Shown here one piece after another: positions 36,451 to 49,295 of a DNA stretch of 64,000 nucleotides. Each line of letters begins with the position of its first letter. The first letter of the stretch is position 1. The notes below the pieces were generated by a model, which worked only from the letters and a program-made list of their open reading frames with translations, was not told the origin of the DNA and did not search any database. The translations under genes were made by a program, and so were the position numbers. Source of the DNA: Podarcis liolepis (Eukaryota); assembly GCA_965112155.1 (NCBI GenBank), contig OZ218103.1; one strand, written 5' to 3'.

Positions 36451-39400
36451 ATCTGAATGGCTTAGCTGTATATCACTAAGGTTTTAACAGATCAGTGAAC
36501 CACACAATTGTGCAGAGCATGAATGCAATTCATCAATGAGGTTGCTGGACTAGAGTCTACATGTGATAAAAATGCATTCGGTTCTGCGTTTGGTACTAAA
36601 GTTGAAATTGGCAACACTGCACCATCATCGTGTGACATACCAGATGGACTCTGGCCCAGCAACCTCATTAGCTAATGCACCCATATGCTCACAGATATAC
36701 ATATACACAGTTATTCATACACCCATAAGGTTTATGAGGTACAATGCATGCAACATTGCACCCCTGCTTCCTGCCTTCTGCCACAGTGGAGACCCAAACA
36801 GCACAGATTGCCCAGGATGACAATAAAAGCTATTTTGCTTTGTTTCCATGAGAGCATCCCTTTTGCTCCTTGTTAAGTCTTAATCAAAGTTATTTTATTA
36901 CACAGCCTAAGGAGCTGCACCTTCTTGTTGGGCAACTACTGCTACTAATCGTTTATATAGTACCATCAATGCTCATGGCATATTCCAGATCAAAGTGAGA
37001 GAAATGGATCCCTGTTCTAAAGAGTTTACAGCATAAGATTCAGTGGTAAAATGCAGCTGTCTGACCCAACTGAGCGGAAGTCTTAGCAGACAGATATTTG
37101 GAGATGGGTGCTTTGGTACATACCTACATATGGCCTCCCTCCTCCTTGAAACTATGAGGGAGCAAGCAGTTTTGTGGTTACAGGCCCTCAGTGTCCAAAA
37201 GACAAATTGAAATGCATGTTATATTTAAGCCTTGCAGCATACCAAATTGCTCTTCTGTAGTAAGCTTTCCCCAAGCCACTGCTTTATTCATATGTGTCTA
37301 CCCTTTCCCCATAGACCCTCTACAGTTCCAGCATTTGTCAGTCCCACTATTGCTTCCTCCATCCTGGCCTGCAAGCACCCTTAGCTCTTCCAGACTTGGA
37401 CATTACCATCTGAGAAACAGTATTCTTCTTAGAATACCTTAATTCTGATCCACAGCACCTCTGCTGCTCATAAAGACAGCTTTTGACAGCAGCAGAAGGG
37501 AAGCCAGTCAACAGCACTCAACCACTATCTCAATGGCTGCCCATCGAGAAGGTTTAAGGGGAGATCTGATATATAAGAACATTCTAATAAAATCCATATC
37601 CCCCGGTAGCCCCCGCCAATACAGATCTAGTCAAGGCAAAGAGCACAATAAACTCCCTGCCCTAAGTCCTAACTAAACTGACAGTTCATGAAGGATACAA
37701 GATCGCTCAGTGACATTAAAAATGTCAGCAAGAGGCCGATGCGGTTTGGCAGACGGGAAGCATTTGCAGGCAGGGGAAAGTAAAACTTGTGACAACGCAT
37801 CCAGCTATAAGCAGGGCTTGTTCTCATTGCTGCTGATTTCTGCCCACCCTAAGGTCTTGCATTTATCCAGCCCTTGCATCTATGTATAAGGCTATTGTTA
37901 AACTATACAGGGCGGGGGGGGGGGGGACAGGACCTTTTACATTCAACCTGTTTCTGAACTTGCAACGAAGTCTAAGAATGCCTTCCAATTCCCACCGGAG
38001 TGGCTTTCCTAGCTTACACATCCAAGATGGCTTACTGGAAGTACTTGTCAGCTAATGGTGGGAAGCTGGACAGATCTTCTGCCTGCAACAGCAGTTGTCA
38101 TCAGCAGGACACTCAAGGCTACAAGGCATGAATCAGCTTCCTGCCGGTTCCAACTTGGAGAATAGAAAACAATGAAGAGAGAAGATGCAGGTGGTCTGGC
38201 TTCAACTGAAAGGAGCTCACCAACACAATGTGCTCCGATTAGATGAGGGGAACAGCTTGGGCATTTTTGCTTTGCTTCTTTGCAGATACACAGTCTAGTG
38301 TCCTTAAAAAAAGGTACCGTGTCTCCTTTCCAACCCATGTAGTAAGACTATCTTCTGCTGTTTACTATGCACGCATGCCTGTAGCCTGTGATATAGATAA
38401 AAAAGGCTGTGCTGACCTAACTACCCACACTAGTCTCTAACATGGTATCCTCATGCACAACAGAATCAAGCTATGTGTCTGTTACAAATGCAGCTAAGTG
38501 TGTCTAGTTCCAGGGTTATGACTAAGCTTACTAAGGCAGAACCTATCACTGAGTACTCACCACTTATTCCATCCTATCCTCATTAAGATGTAATGATAAG
38601 CCATAGCTTATCTTAACCATGGTTTCTTGAACAAGCAAGAAATTGGCTCACAACAAGCTCTCTGTCTTATCTGTGCATTATCTGTGTTATCATCTATGAT
38701 TGGCTATACAGAACACACGTTTTCTCCTCCTTTGAATTTTTCAGCCACTCTCTCTGAAGCTCCCCCACTTCCCCCATTCTTAGACACAACCCACAGAGGC
38801 TTGCTACCATCTTTTCCTCTCAGACCTCCTGTACAAAAGGGTATCTTGCTACTGGTGTTCTGCTTACAGTCCAGTTGGCTTTTTAAACCAAATTTGCTAG
38901 CACATCAAAAAGACAATTCATCTGTGTGAAAGAGATATGTGAAACTTCTCCATTTGACACTCAACTTTCCAGCACCAGCTCTAAAGTATATCTCTTACCT
39001 GCTCCCCCATCTTTAGTATTCCAACCTCCTGTCAAATGTATAAGGGAAGATTTTTGCCATTTATTCTTATCTGATGAACCAGCAAACCCAGATGACTCCT
39101 ACCCCATTTTACTTCTGACCTGTAAATTAGCAACTCGACTCCCCAACTATGAGCCATGTAAAAAGAACTATCTTACTATGGACAGGTTGTATCAGCAAAC
39201 ACCAGCTTCTATTGCACACCTGAAGACAGCTGAGGTCAGAGGACCAATCTCTGACTTCCACCCCTCCTCAGACTCTGCCTTTACCACCTGTACCCCCTCA
39301 TCCAATTATAATACAAGTTTTGGTTCTTTGTTTATCTGTTTGATCAGTTGAAGCAAGAAAAATACATTAAAACCATCTGAAAATCCTGCCAGCAACCCAT

Positions 39401-40049
39401 CAGTATCAAGGACCTAACATGGGGCAGTAGTTAACCAAGTTTGACCAAGTTCATCAAGTTATTTAATTTCAATGGGTCTACTCTAAATAAAACTTAGCTG
39501 AATACCATATGTTATTTCTAAAGTGCTGTGAATTTTTTTTGCCTAGGGTTAGAGATTTTTCAAGCTTGAGGCTGAAACACTCCTGTCTCTAGGCAGTTTG
39601 GAAAACATGGGGGCTGAGCACTTAGACCATTTCTGCTCTTTCCACATTTTGCAGAACAAGTGAGCTTCTATTTCCTTCTGACAAAGCCAAGTATGGGTCA
39701 CCACACTTGACAAGAGAGTGAGTGGTTTTCTAAGTGATGTTAACCCCGGTCTTGTCTGTTTTATCTACATGAGCCCTGATCTCTACTGCTCTACTGATCC
39801 TCTGTCCTGGGGTTTCATGCTGCTCCCATTCCTGCCATACTGAAGCATCATGAATTCTGATCAAACATCAGCACCATGAAGCTATTCCCTGAAAGAGACA
39901 TAAAATTTCCCTCTGCCTGCATGTCAAAATGGATTATACATAATAAAGAAAGCAAGCTTCTAACAGTCTGAACCCGATAGCCCAAAATGATAGCAAAAAA
40001 GACATAATGTATTGTCCCAAGGGCAGGAGGTGCAACACAGCTAAGGGTT

Positions 40050-40960
40050 TCAGCCAGCTAATATCAAACATCACCACGCAGAGCGATTTGACTTTTTTGT
40101 ATGTCCATCAACCTGCTGGTTATATCACTGCTATCCATTCACCAGAAGTTTAGTGAACTTCAAATGGCGATCATTAATGGTCACTGAACTGCACAACGCC
40201 CCAATGTGCTTTCAGATTGCATTTGCAAAAGCCCAGCAATAAGGCAAGAGATTTGCTCTGACAGCAGGAAACCCTTGTCAGGCTCAGTGAGGAACATGCT
40301 GCCAGCCTCCCCCTTGTTACATTCAGGCCCTACCCTGATTTGACAGAACAGAAAATGCTTTTTTTTTTTTATTTTTTTAAAAAACTATTACCATTCAGAA
40401 TGACACTCTTGCTTTCACTTTATTTATTTTTAAAAAATAGGCAAACAAAATAGGAAGAGCCAAATTACGCGAGCATTTCATAAAGCAAGCTCCTACATAT
40501 GGTTTGAAAATACAAAGCTGTTGAATTCAGTGGCACCACTCATGCCATTCATTAACAGAATACTGGAACTGTTTAAAGCATTGTAACATTTCCTTGCACA
40601 ACACTGGGTTTGACTTTTTTGCACCAATTGCCTGTATCCACTACCTAACTGTCTCCTTATCAACACGGAGGTTGGGGGGACGGCCTTTTCCATGTATGCA
40701 ATTCTCTTGTATGCCGGGGGAGGGGGGGTCTCTAGAGAAATACAAAATGCCTGAGTAGTTAATCCATTAGGTTTGAACAAACGAGAGAGGTATCTGTGCT
40801 TAAAGCTCCGGTGGTCATACTGCTAAGCAGTTTGGGTCACATAATTTGGATCAGGGGAGTTATTGTTTTAAAGGTTTGTACAAAGCAGAAAGTCTTAAGC
40901 AGGTTATTTTTCTGTGCACTTTCTAGACCTTTAGCACTGAGAAACAGCTGGCTAATATTC
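40050..40960. promoter_or_regulatory. Candidate conserved enhancer block(s) 0.4-1.3 kb into the intron after the 41340 exon
   Basis: Repeat-free, with paired TGACAG/TGTCA sites, a CATATG E-box, TAATCC, and scattered retained CpGs. Confidence 0.4.
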
Positions 40961-41339
40961 ACTGGCGGGCAGGGGGAGGTGAGAGGGAGAGAGACTTAGA
41001 AGCCCGGGTGGGGGGTGGAGCAGACTTGGATATGCTCCAGCTGACCCAGCCTTTCCCAGAGAGATGCTGAGTTATTATGCATAGAGGTGCTATGTTAGGG
41101 TGGCCACAATGGGATTCTCCTCAGCTGCAGACCATATTCCATCAAGTACAGTAAGACTCTATTAGGGGAGATACAATAGGAACTTCGCTTCACCCGGCCT
41201 CTGAGAAAATAACTCCTCATTTCAATGCAAAACAGCCGTGCTTATTAAATACCTCCTTGAAGGAGCCAAGGAAGGGAGAAGGGGAAATGAAGAGGCAGCC
41301 AAGGGGTGGTGGGGAAAGGGAGATTTGCAATGAAAGTAC

Positions 41340-41412
41340 CTTTTTGAGATTAATCCACTGTTTGAAGTAATCAGCAACTGGAAGCCCTAAGTATTGGCAT
41401 TGTCCAGGTAAC
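41340..41412 (-). CDS. ERI3: ERI1 exoribonuclease family member 3, next internal coding exon (73 nt, phase 2 to phase 0)
   Basis: Minus strand has a long polypyrimidine tract, ttctctctcctctcttacag|G TTA CCT GGA...AAA AAG|gtactt. It translates to LPGQCQYLGLPVADYFKQWINLKK (inside ORF 41217..41447) and is phase-compatible with the upstream exon. Confidence 0.97.
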
Positions 41413-41904
41413 CTGTAAGAGAGGAGAGAGAACAGGTTAGATTCCATTGGAGGAGCCTGACATCACAAAATAAACTTTATTAAACACTTCTGGTTTTGAG
41501 AAAGAGGATAGAATAAAATGCTCTAGCCTGCATTTCAGAATGGTCCCACACATTTGACAGAGGCCACTCAAACACAGGAGCCCAACCCAAACCCAAGCTT
41601 GGGATGGCTAGACAACAGGCATTATACATCCAAGATGCTAGACACTTTCATTGAGGACTTAGAAGTTGGCAATATGTCGCCCAAATCTCACATGCAACCC
41701 ATGAACATAGCAATCATTTTTAAAAGGTGTGTAGGCCTGGTTAGATAAAACGAATCATCTTCAACTAGTGGTTAGTTCCATAAGAAGATTAGCAAAGTAG
41801 CTCAGTATGTTCTGGTGAGCCCGTGGGCATATGACTTTAGGCACATGCCTTTCTTTGGTTGTCCCCACCTATGTTCATGCACTCAACAACAGTCAACTGT
41901 GGCT

Positions 41905-42195
41905 GTATTCACATGTAACACTAAGCCATGGTTTGCTTTAAACAAACCATAAATTATTTCACAAATAAACAAACAACCCATAGTTTGCTCCCCGCAAGCT
42001 TGGTATGTTTTTCCAGCCATTCTTGCCTCATGGCTCTCTAATTCAGAAATGTCTGGGGTGGACAAACAAGCCATGGTTAAGCTTTTGGTTTGGCACTCTG
42101 CCCAAACCCATAGTTAAAACAAGCCATGATTCATAAGCCAACAACAAACCATAGCTTCACATCACAGTTTTTGTCAGAAAGTAAACCATAGTTAG
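41905..42195. mobile_element. AACCATGGTT-rich palindromic MITE
   Basis: Repeated aagccatggtt/aaaccatag motifs; same family as 1-185 and 55790-56070. Confidence 0.6.
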
Positions 42196-42199
42196 TCTT

Positions 42200-42722
42200 C
42201 AAGGTGATCAAGGGACTGGAGCAATTCCCCTAAAACAAAAGGAGGCAACATTTGAGATTTTTTTAAGCTTACAGATAAGGCGAGAGAGTGTGAACATGAT
42301 AGAGGTGTTTAAAATTATGCATAGTGTGAAGAAAGTGGACAGTAAGAGGCTTTTGTCCTTCTCTTATACTACTAGAACTCCCAGCCATACTGTGAACAAC
42401 AGACAAAAGGAAGTATATCTATACACATAGTTAAAATATGGAATGTGCTCCCATAAGATGTAGTGATGACCACTAACTTGTACAGCTTTAAAAGAGTAGA
42501 TAAAACCATGGAGGATAGGGCTAACAAAGGCTACTAGTCGTAATGGCTATGTTCTATATCCACTGTAGGTGGCTTATGTTTCTGAATGCCAGTTGCTGGG
42601 AAATCCCATGTAAGGAGAGCACTTGAGGGCTTCACATAGGCGCCTGGCTGGCCACTGTGAGAACTGCATGCTTGACCAGATGGGCCTTTGATCTGGTCTA
42701 TTGAAGTTCTTCTTATGTTTCT
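42200..42722 (+). mobile_element. CR1 LINE 3' end
   Basis: gatcaagggactggagc...catgatagaggtgtttaaaattatg...acagacaaaaggaagta...ttcttatgtt tail. Confidence 0.85.
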
Positions 42723-44569
42723 GTATAATTAGTTGATGGTATCCAATTTTAAATGTTTACATGGTTTTACTATATATATGTATGGCTGTTATAAACCGGC
42801 TTTGACTTTTTATGAATAGCGGTATATAAATATTTTAACAAATATTTAATGTTCTTATGAACTCAAGTTGTATTAGATGGATGGCACAACAAGGCATTGT
42901 CTTTGCCAAACTATGCACCCATAAATTATGCCGGTGCTTGCAGCTGGACCCAAAGATGCCAAGATTACCAGAACTAGGCACACAGAACATGTGGTAAACA
43001 GCCAAGACATACCTAGGAGATCACAAACCATCCTCACATTTCTATTCTGCTGTAACAACAGTCATCAGAAAGTTATCAGCAAGAGAGTTATCAATACATT
43101 GGCAAAATTAGCTAGGGAACTAAGGACTATATCATAGCTCCACAATCTCTCCCATAGTAAGAACTTGTGTTCCCCAGACAGCAGGCATGCCCTAAACCCC
43201 ACAACTCCCCCCCCCTTCTGCTACTGGAGGGGCAAAGAATAGGCATTGTGTCCATTATCTTGGAATGTAGATTCATTTGTTCCCAATCAATTTGATTGAT
43301 ATGGGGTAGTTAACAGGTCATAATGCTTATTAATGCTTTGCTAAAGATTTTTAGAGATGCCCTGAATGCTGGATGGGGTATGAATTAGGCGAACACAGGA
43401 AAGACCCAAAATTAATTAAATAAGTGATTAATAGATCCATTTACACATGGTAATTACTGCAATCCAAGCAATTGGATATGCAAATTAGGCATGCACTTTG
43501 TACCCAGCACTTTGTTGTAAACTCCTACAAAGAAAGAAGGGGTTGGACAGGGCAATGAAGTACAGTGCTGGTTCCCTGGTGTTCGTAGTGTTGCCTCTAA
43601 CGGAGCACAATTCAGTGGATCTAGAAACAAGACTTTCACCTACTGTCCGCATCTAGACCTCAATAACATCTTCCCATACACACATGCTATACTTCGACAT
43701 AAACGTAAGTGTTCTGGGGCAAACTGCTTCCAAACTGAAGTTCTGTAAGGGTCCAAGTTATCCTTATCTTGACGTACACACAATTTTGTTACTTTTCCTT
43801 CTCAAATAAAAATACTAAAAAGTATGTGCTAACAAACTATTGCCTTCTAAATTCACACATGTGAATCCAGACTGCCTGTGTAAGTACAACTTCACAATTT
43901 AAAGAAGCTACTTCAATTAGGTTATTATTATTATTGGTGACAAGCTGTCGTGAGAGTTACTGTATATACCACCTCCAGGATCAGAGGCAGCATTCTTGTT
44001 TTAACTGCTTGTAATATTGTATTATTACACAGATATATTCAACCCAAAAACAAATAGACTAGCTGCTCTTCATGATCTCCAGCATGACTTTCATTGGTAG
44101 GAAGAGCTTCTCTCTTGAGGCCTGGATGGCTTAAAGGACAGGCTTCATTGGCCACTGTGTATTCCAAATTCCTACATTATGTTCTGCAGTAGGAAAAAAA
44201 GTTCAGCTGCAACCTAAATACTGTATGTGTCTAAAGAATCTGAATTTTATACATTCTGCTAGCCATATAAGAGACACACACACACCCCTGACCACTGAAC
44301 ATCCTATTCACTCTTCTTATATTTTACTCCTGCACATTTTAATTTTCCTCCCAGAGCCATAAGACTGAGAAAATTAAATTTAAAAACTAGAGAGATTTGT
44401 GTCAAATTCTAGCCCAGCATAATGTGAGGGAAGGCTTCTAAAATACACAGGGCAGTCTGACGGGCTGCAGAGGAGAATGATACGCAGATGGAGACAAAAT
44501 CATGCAGCCCTCTTTCTTCCTTTGAAGCCAACTCTCCTTTCTTTCAACCAGGAAAGAAGAGCCCAGCTT

Positions 44570-45130
44570 GGCGGTGATAAACAGCCATGCATTGGTTATC
44601 GCTTTCCTTAAGTTGAGGAGAGGCAGCTAGTGATGGATGGACAGGAATTTGGTTATCAGGCAGGGCTGTCAGCCAGAGTTGCAGATAGCGCACACACATT
44701 TAGCAGGGCATCATTATGCAATGGCATGGAGCTAAAATATGGCCAAGGGTATTGAAAGAATGAAAGAACAGGATTTAGAAAAAACTAGCAAATTGAGCAA
44801 CAATAAAGGAGCGCAAGGCGAGGACGTTATCGTCCTAGTGACACCTTTTATCTCAGTCTGGTTAGCGAGAGAAGGGCACAAATTGGTCCTTCCTCCACCA
44901 TTGTATCCTCTTGTACAAACAGAGGCAGATAAAATGTGTCACCAATGTGATAGCATATCAATTTAACCCTAATTATCCAGTGGGTCACGCTAAGAAATAA
45001 GGGTTTCTCATTTCAACAGGTCCCTCGGTTTCTGCTATGGAGGAGCCACATTAATAACATAGGGGGGAAGGGGGGACAACGAGAAAAGGAGGGAGCCTGT
45101 AATTGAATTCAGTCACTCAGCTGGTCCTAG
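44570..45130. promoter_or_regulatory. Candidate enhancer with PBX-HOX and MEIS sites
   Basis: TGATGGATGG at 44631-44640 and CTGTCA at 44666-44671, plus AACAAT and CTAATTA. Confidence 0.5.
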
Positions 45131-45697
45131 TGTATAAAAAATTAATGTACAACTCTCCCAACTAATCAGAGGCGGTTAATGTCCATCTGCTTCTGGGTTC
45201 AGAAAGTCAGAAGCCCAAGAAAATAGGGCCATTTCCTACATGCTGGATTCATTGATACCGAGCTGGCTTTTTAAAGAGTCTCCTCCTTTGGAAAAGATAT
45301 GGGGAACATTAAATCTTGATATTTATAGACCCAGTCAGGAGGCATTAATAGAACCTCATATGCTGTCATGTTCTGAAAATATACAGAAAGCTTTGTCACC
45401 ACTGCTTCAGTAAAGGCCTTTCCGCATGGGTGGTGGAAGGAGAGGAGGTTGTGGAGGTAGTAGAAGGAAGGGGACAACACTGAGGTCTGCTGCTTTGTGG
45501 TCTAAAGATAATTTCTGAATGAATTTACACCATGTTCTATTTTTATTTACTTATATATTTAAAGCACCAATGTGCTGCAGTAAAGATGCTTCAGGAAATC
45601 TGCCATATTGCTTATAAAGTATGTGAAAGTAAACATGAAAGCAGAGTGACACAATCTCTTCCTCACACTTTAGAGGAAAGTCATACATCCCTTATAC

Positions 45698-45992
45698 CAG
45701 GCACGTCCAACAGGTAGATCATGATCTACCGGTAGATGACTGGATGTCTGTGGTAGATCACTGGCTCCCCACAAAGAAGCTCAACAACTTTGGCTCCCCT
45801 AAAAAAAGCTCAACATTCTTGTCCTGCATCCCAAAGAAAAGGGGCTTTCCTCTCCCCTAAACAAAGCCCTACAACTTTGACCTGAACCCCTAAAAAATGG
45901 GGCTTTCTCCTTCCTAAAAAAAAAAAAAAGCTTAACAATTTTGACCTGAACCCCCAATTAGATCACAGTCTATTGGGAGTTGGCTGTCCCTG
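45698..45992. mobile_element. Non-autonomous hAT transposon with internal subrepeats
   Basis: Termini CAGGCACGTCCAAC...GTTGGCTGTCCCTG; 8-bp TSD CCTTATAC/TCTTATAC (7/8). Internal aaaagctcaacaactttg and acctgaacccc repeats. Confidence 0.85.
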
Positions 45993-47177
45993 TCTTATAC
46001 CATTTAGATGCACTATAAAGTAAGAGAACAAAAACTATGGCCATTCATGTATTCAGACCTATAGATGTCTATAGAAACCCAGAAAGCCTAACAATGCAAA
46101 AAGCATGTGCTACTCAAATGCGCTGCTATTCCTTAATGCAATAATAATTCTTCACTTCAATTTACAGGTGGCATCGTCTTACCCCAGGACAAGCCTTTGG
46201 ATGGTAATGGAAAATAGCCAGTGAGAAAGGGATACTTTGCCTAGTATAACCAACTGATACATAGAAATATTAGATGCAGCTTTTAAGAAAACAAAGAAAA
46301 AAGAATGAATCTACTGCAGAGGAGAGGGAATGCTTACTAGTAAGTGCATGATGTTGTGCCAAGCTCTGACCTGGAGCAGGACATCAACTCCTCAGAGAAC
46401 AAAGCAGATCTATCACCAAACAAATAATAAAGAGAGCAAAAAGTGCCCCCCTTTGCCAGCTCTGAAGATCCCTTTCCTGGTTTACCAACAGAGGGTCTTC
46501 TCAAGGCCTCTCAGAGTGGGTGCCATTCTGAGCGTCATCAGATGATCCCCCAGAGGACTCAAAGGGAGAGAACAAATTGCAGGCACCTAAAACACCCAAG
46601 CCTTCCTGGACTCTATACCACTGGAGCAGAACATATGGTATCCATTGCTGTATACATTAAGCATTTGCCAAATTGAGAATTAGGCCCTGAATTCAGAGTC
46701 TTGATAATCTGATTTTAGTAGCTTTAAAAGCAGGTTTCTAGCCCTCATACAAATGGAGAAAATCTAAAATGTGCCTGTGGCAGATCACCACCACTCTAGG
46801 TTGTATGTTACAACTGCCACCACACAACATATTTCCAATTATTTCCAAGCTTAGTGCAGGACTTAATAGCTTGCTGAAAATGTGATAAAAAGTCAGTTTT
46901 GTGCTCTTCTGAATTGCAGTAAATGTGCTTCAAAGCTCTGCAAAGTCACCTAAATGCTTTCTACAAAGAACACTTACTTTTTGCTCCTGTGTCCCCACAA
47001 TAGACTTAATTACTTTTTTGAGTCATCTTGGTAGCATCCAAACAGCCAGAGGGGTGGCTGTGGTTCACATTTGCAAGTGACAGCAGCAGGATGAAATATT
47101 CTAGCTTGGAAGTGCTGGGATTAATGCAGCACTCAATTTTCAGACCAACATGAGACAGATCTCCCCTTTTTCTGCCC

Positions 47178-47377
47178 NNNNNNNNNNNNNNNNNNNNNNN
47201 NNNNNNNNNNNNNNNNNNNNNNNNNNNNNNNNNNNNNNNNNNNNNNNNNNNNNNNNNNNNNNNNNNNNNNNNNNNNNNNNNNNNNNNNNNNNNNNNNNNN
47301 NNNNNNNNNNNNNNNNNNNNNNNNNNNNNNNNNNNNNNNNNNNNNNNNNNNNNNNNNNNNNNNNNNNNNNNNNNNNN
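47178..47377. other. Assembly gap (200 N)
   Basis: Run of N. Confidence 1.
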
Positions 47378-47409
47378 AAACAAGTAGCCTGAGATATGGA
47401 CTATCTGCA

Positions 47410-47510
47410 GCAGGGGTAGCCAACACAGTATGCAGCAGATACTGTTGGACTATAATTCCCATCAACTTTAACCATTGGACATACTGGCTCGGAACACCAC
47501 ATAGGCTACC
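47410..47510. mobile_element. Palindromic hAT-type MITE copy, partial
   Basis: caggggtagccaac...tgttggactataattcccatca. Confidence 0.6.
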
Positions 47511-48054
47511 CCGGCTCCCATTCAGAACAGACATTAAAGGTTCTTTGTACAACATGGGATTAACAGCAATTCAAACTCCTTTTGGCTAGGTTGGGGTGAG
47601 ATGGGGTGAGCATGTGTGAGTGGATTGAGCAAAGGCATCTCTTCATCTAGCCCTGCTGATCTCCACCAGTACAGAGCTTCTGCTTCTGCCCTTGGGTTCC
47701 CCCTGGTGGCAGCCAGCAAAAAGTCCTCCAGTTAGATGTCCTGGGGGCCAGCCCCACTGCCATTACATGACAGCTTTGCAATCTCCCTTTCACATCTACC
47801 ACCCATCACCCATCCCAGTCGGCATGTTTTGCAGGGATGCAAACGCAACAGTGTCCTCAGCACTCCTATAAAGCCTCACCAGGCAACAACCAGGGTTAGG
47901 ATTGCAACGTAAGTCTCTGAATGTTATTTTTTTAAAGTCTCTGAACTTTGAATTCTTTTCAGAGAAGAACATTTTGTACTTGGGAACCTCAGTTTCTATC
48001 ATTATTCCACTAAAGTGGATTCAGCAAACTTTCAGATTTTCAGAGGATCAGAGT

Positions 48055-48215
48055 TTCAGGATTCAGGAAAAGCAAAAGGAAGAACTTCTTCACACAATGC
48101 ATAGTTAAGCAACTGAAATTGCTACCACAAGATGGTAACCATCTTGGAAGGCTTGGAAGGGTTCAAGCAAATTTGTGGAAGATAAGGCTCCCAATGGCTC
48201 CTAGTCGCAATGTCT
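48055..48215 (+). mobile_element. CR1 3' fragment
   Basis: caaaaggaagaacttcttcacacaatgcatagttaa...ggaagataaggct, similar to 42400-42545. Confidence 0.7.
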
Positions 48216-48554
48216 AGTATGTCTTGGAATAAGCTTTCCTTCACAAGCAGGATGACTTGAATTTTACATTTTTTAAAAAAAGTTAAAGTTCTTAGGAAGT
48301 AGATAACAGGGATTTCCTCCTATGTGTGTGCTTTTCTTTTTATTTTACTACAGTTTTAAAAATTGTTTTATATTGTCTCTACTACAGCTTTTTATTGGCT
48401 GCTTTTACTGACTTATCTTAATTCATTTTGTTGTTTTACTTTTATTGCTTATTTTGTACACCACTGTGAATAAATTTTCATGCAGAAAAGCAGGGTGTAA
48501 ATAACATGAAATAAGACAAATCTTTCCTGTAATACAGGAGAACGCCAACTTATG

Positions 48555-48730
48555 AACCTAGGAAGTTGCCTTACACAGAGTCAGACCATTGGTTCATTTA
48601 GCTCAGTACTGTCTACGATGGCTGGGAACAACTGTCCTGGAAGAGGGTTTTCCCAGCCATCTCTGGAAATACTGAGGGTTGAACCTGGGACCTTTTGCAT
48701 GCAAAGCATGCACTCCATCATGGAGCAACA
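48555..48730 (-). mobile_element. tRNA-derived SINE with CR1-type tail
   Basis: gagtcagaccattggttcatttagctcagta...gggttgaacctgggaccttttgcatgcaaagc (B box on the minus strand). Related copies lie at about 49300-49510 and 10915-11110. Confidence 0.7.
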
Positions 48731-49158
48731 GTCTTGCACCAGCTCTTGGATCTTAAACAGAATTATACATAAACTGCACATAAAAGATTCAATAATTCTG
48801 TGCCATGGTAACTCAATCTGTGCACCAAAAATCTGCAATATTCTGCAAGACAGACATTCTACATTATGCATTTTCTTAATTTTGATCATTTAACTCTGCT
48901 CCTGCTGATCATGCAGAATGGATAACAGTTATGCAGGGGACTACTATCTTGTCACCCGACCATCAGAAATTCTGCTTGACGCCATTTCCTGTATAAGAGA
49001 GTTCATTAAGCAGTCCCTACATGTTTTCAAGCCTAGCTTCACAACTGTGAGGGCTAGATTTGCTTTTTCTATTTTATTTTTAAGTGAGATAAGATCTTCA
49101 GTATACCAAATGGTACATCAGAATACCAAGATTAGCAATCACATAATGGACAGAAAAG

Positions 49159-49295
49159 TCATAGAATCATAGAATTGTAGAGTTGGAAGGGACCATGAGG
49201 AACTAATTCTAATCCAACCCTGTACAATGCAGAAATTTTCTTGCCCAGTGTGGGGAACAAACCCACAACCCTGAGATTAAGAGTTTCATGCTCTC
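49159..49295 (-). mobile_element. tRNA-Lys(CTT)-derived SINE with CR1 (ATTCTATG)n tail (Squam2-like)
   Basis: Minus-strand head gagcatgaaactcttaatctcagggttgtgggtt...ccccacactgggc matches tRNA-Lys(CTT). The tail reads tcatagaatcatagaat on the plus strand. Confidence 0.8.

Larger units (their letters stand above)
1..41339 (-). other. ERI3: ERI3 intron longer than 41 kb, running off the left edge of the window
   Basis: The gtactt donor is at 41339. I did not find the expected next exon (AYSFAMGCWPKNG...HSGI) by eye; it could not be seen if it lay in the N gap. Confidence 0.8.

Noticed and set aside
38627-39351. Two adjacent ORFs (100 and 141 aa)
   Set aside because: No recognisable domain or splice support; composition is typical of non-coding or decayed antisense LINE sequence.
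47006-47555. ORFs spanning the second gap
   Set aside because: Mostly X residues; artefact of the gap.
49240-49295. tRNA-Lys gene
   Set aside because: The 5' acceptor stem is missing, the T-loop is mutated, and it is fused to a CR1-type tail, so it is a SINE head.
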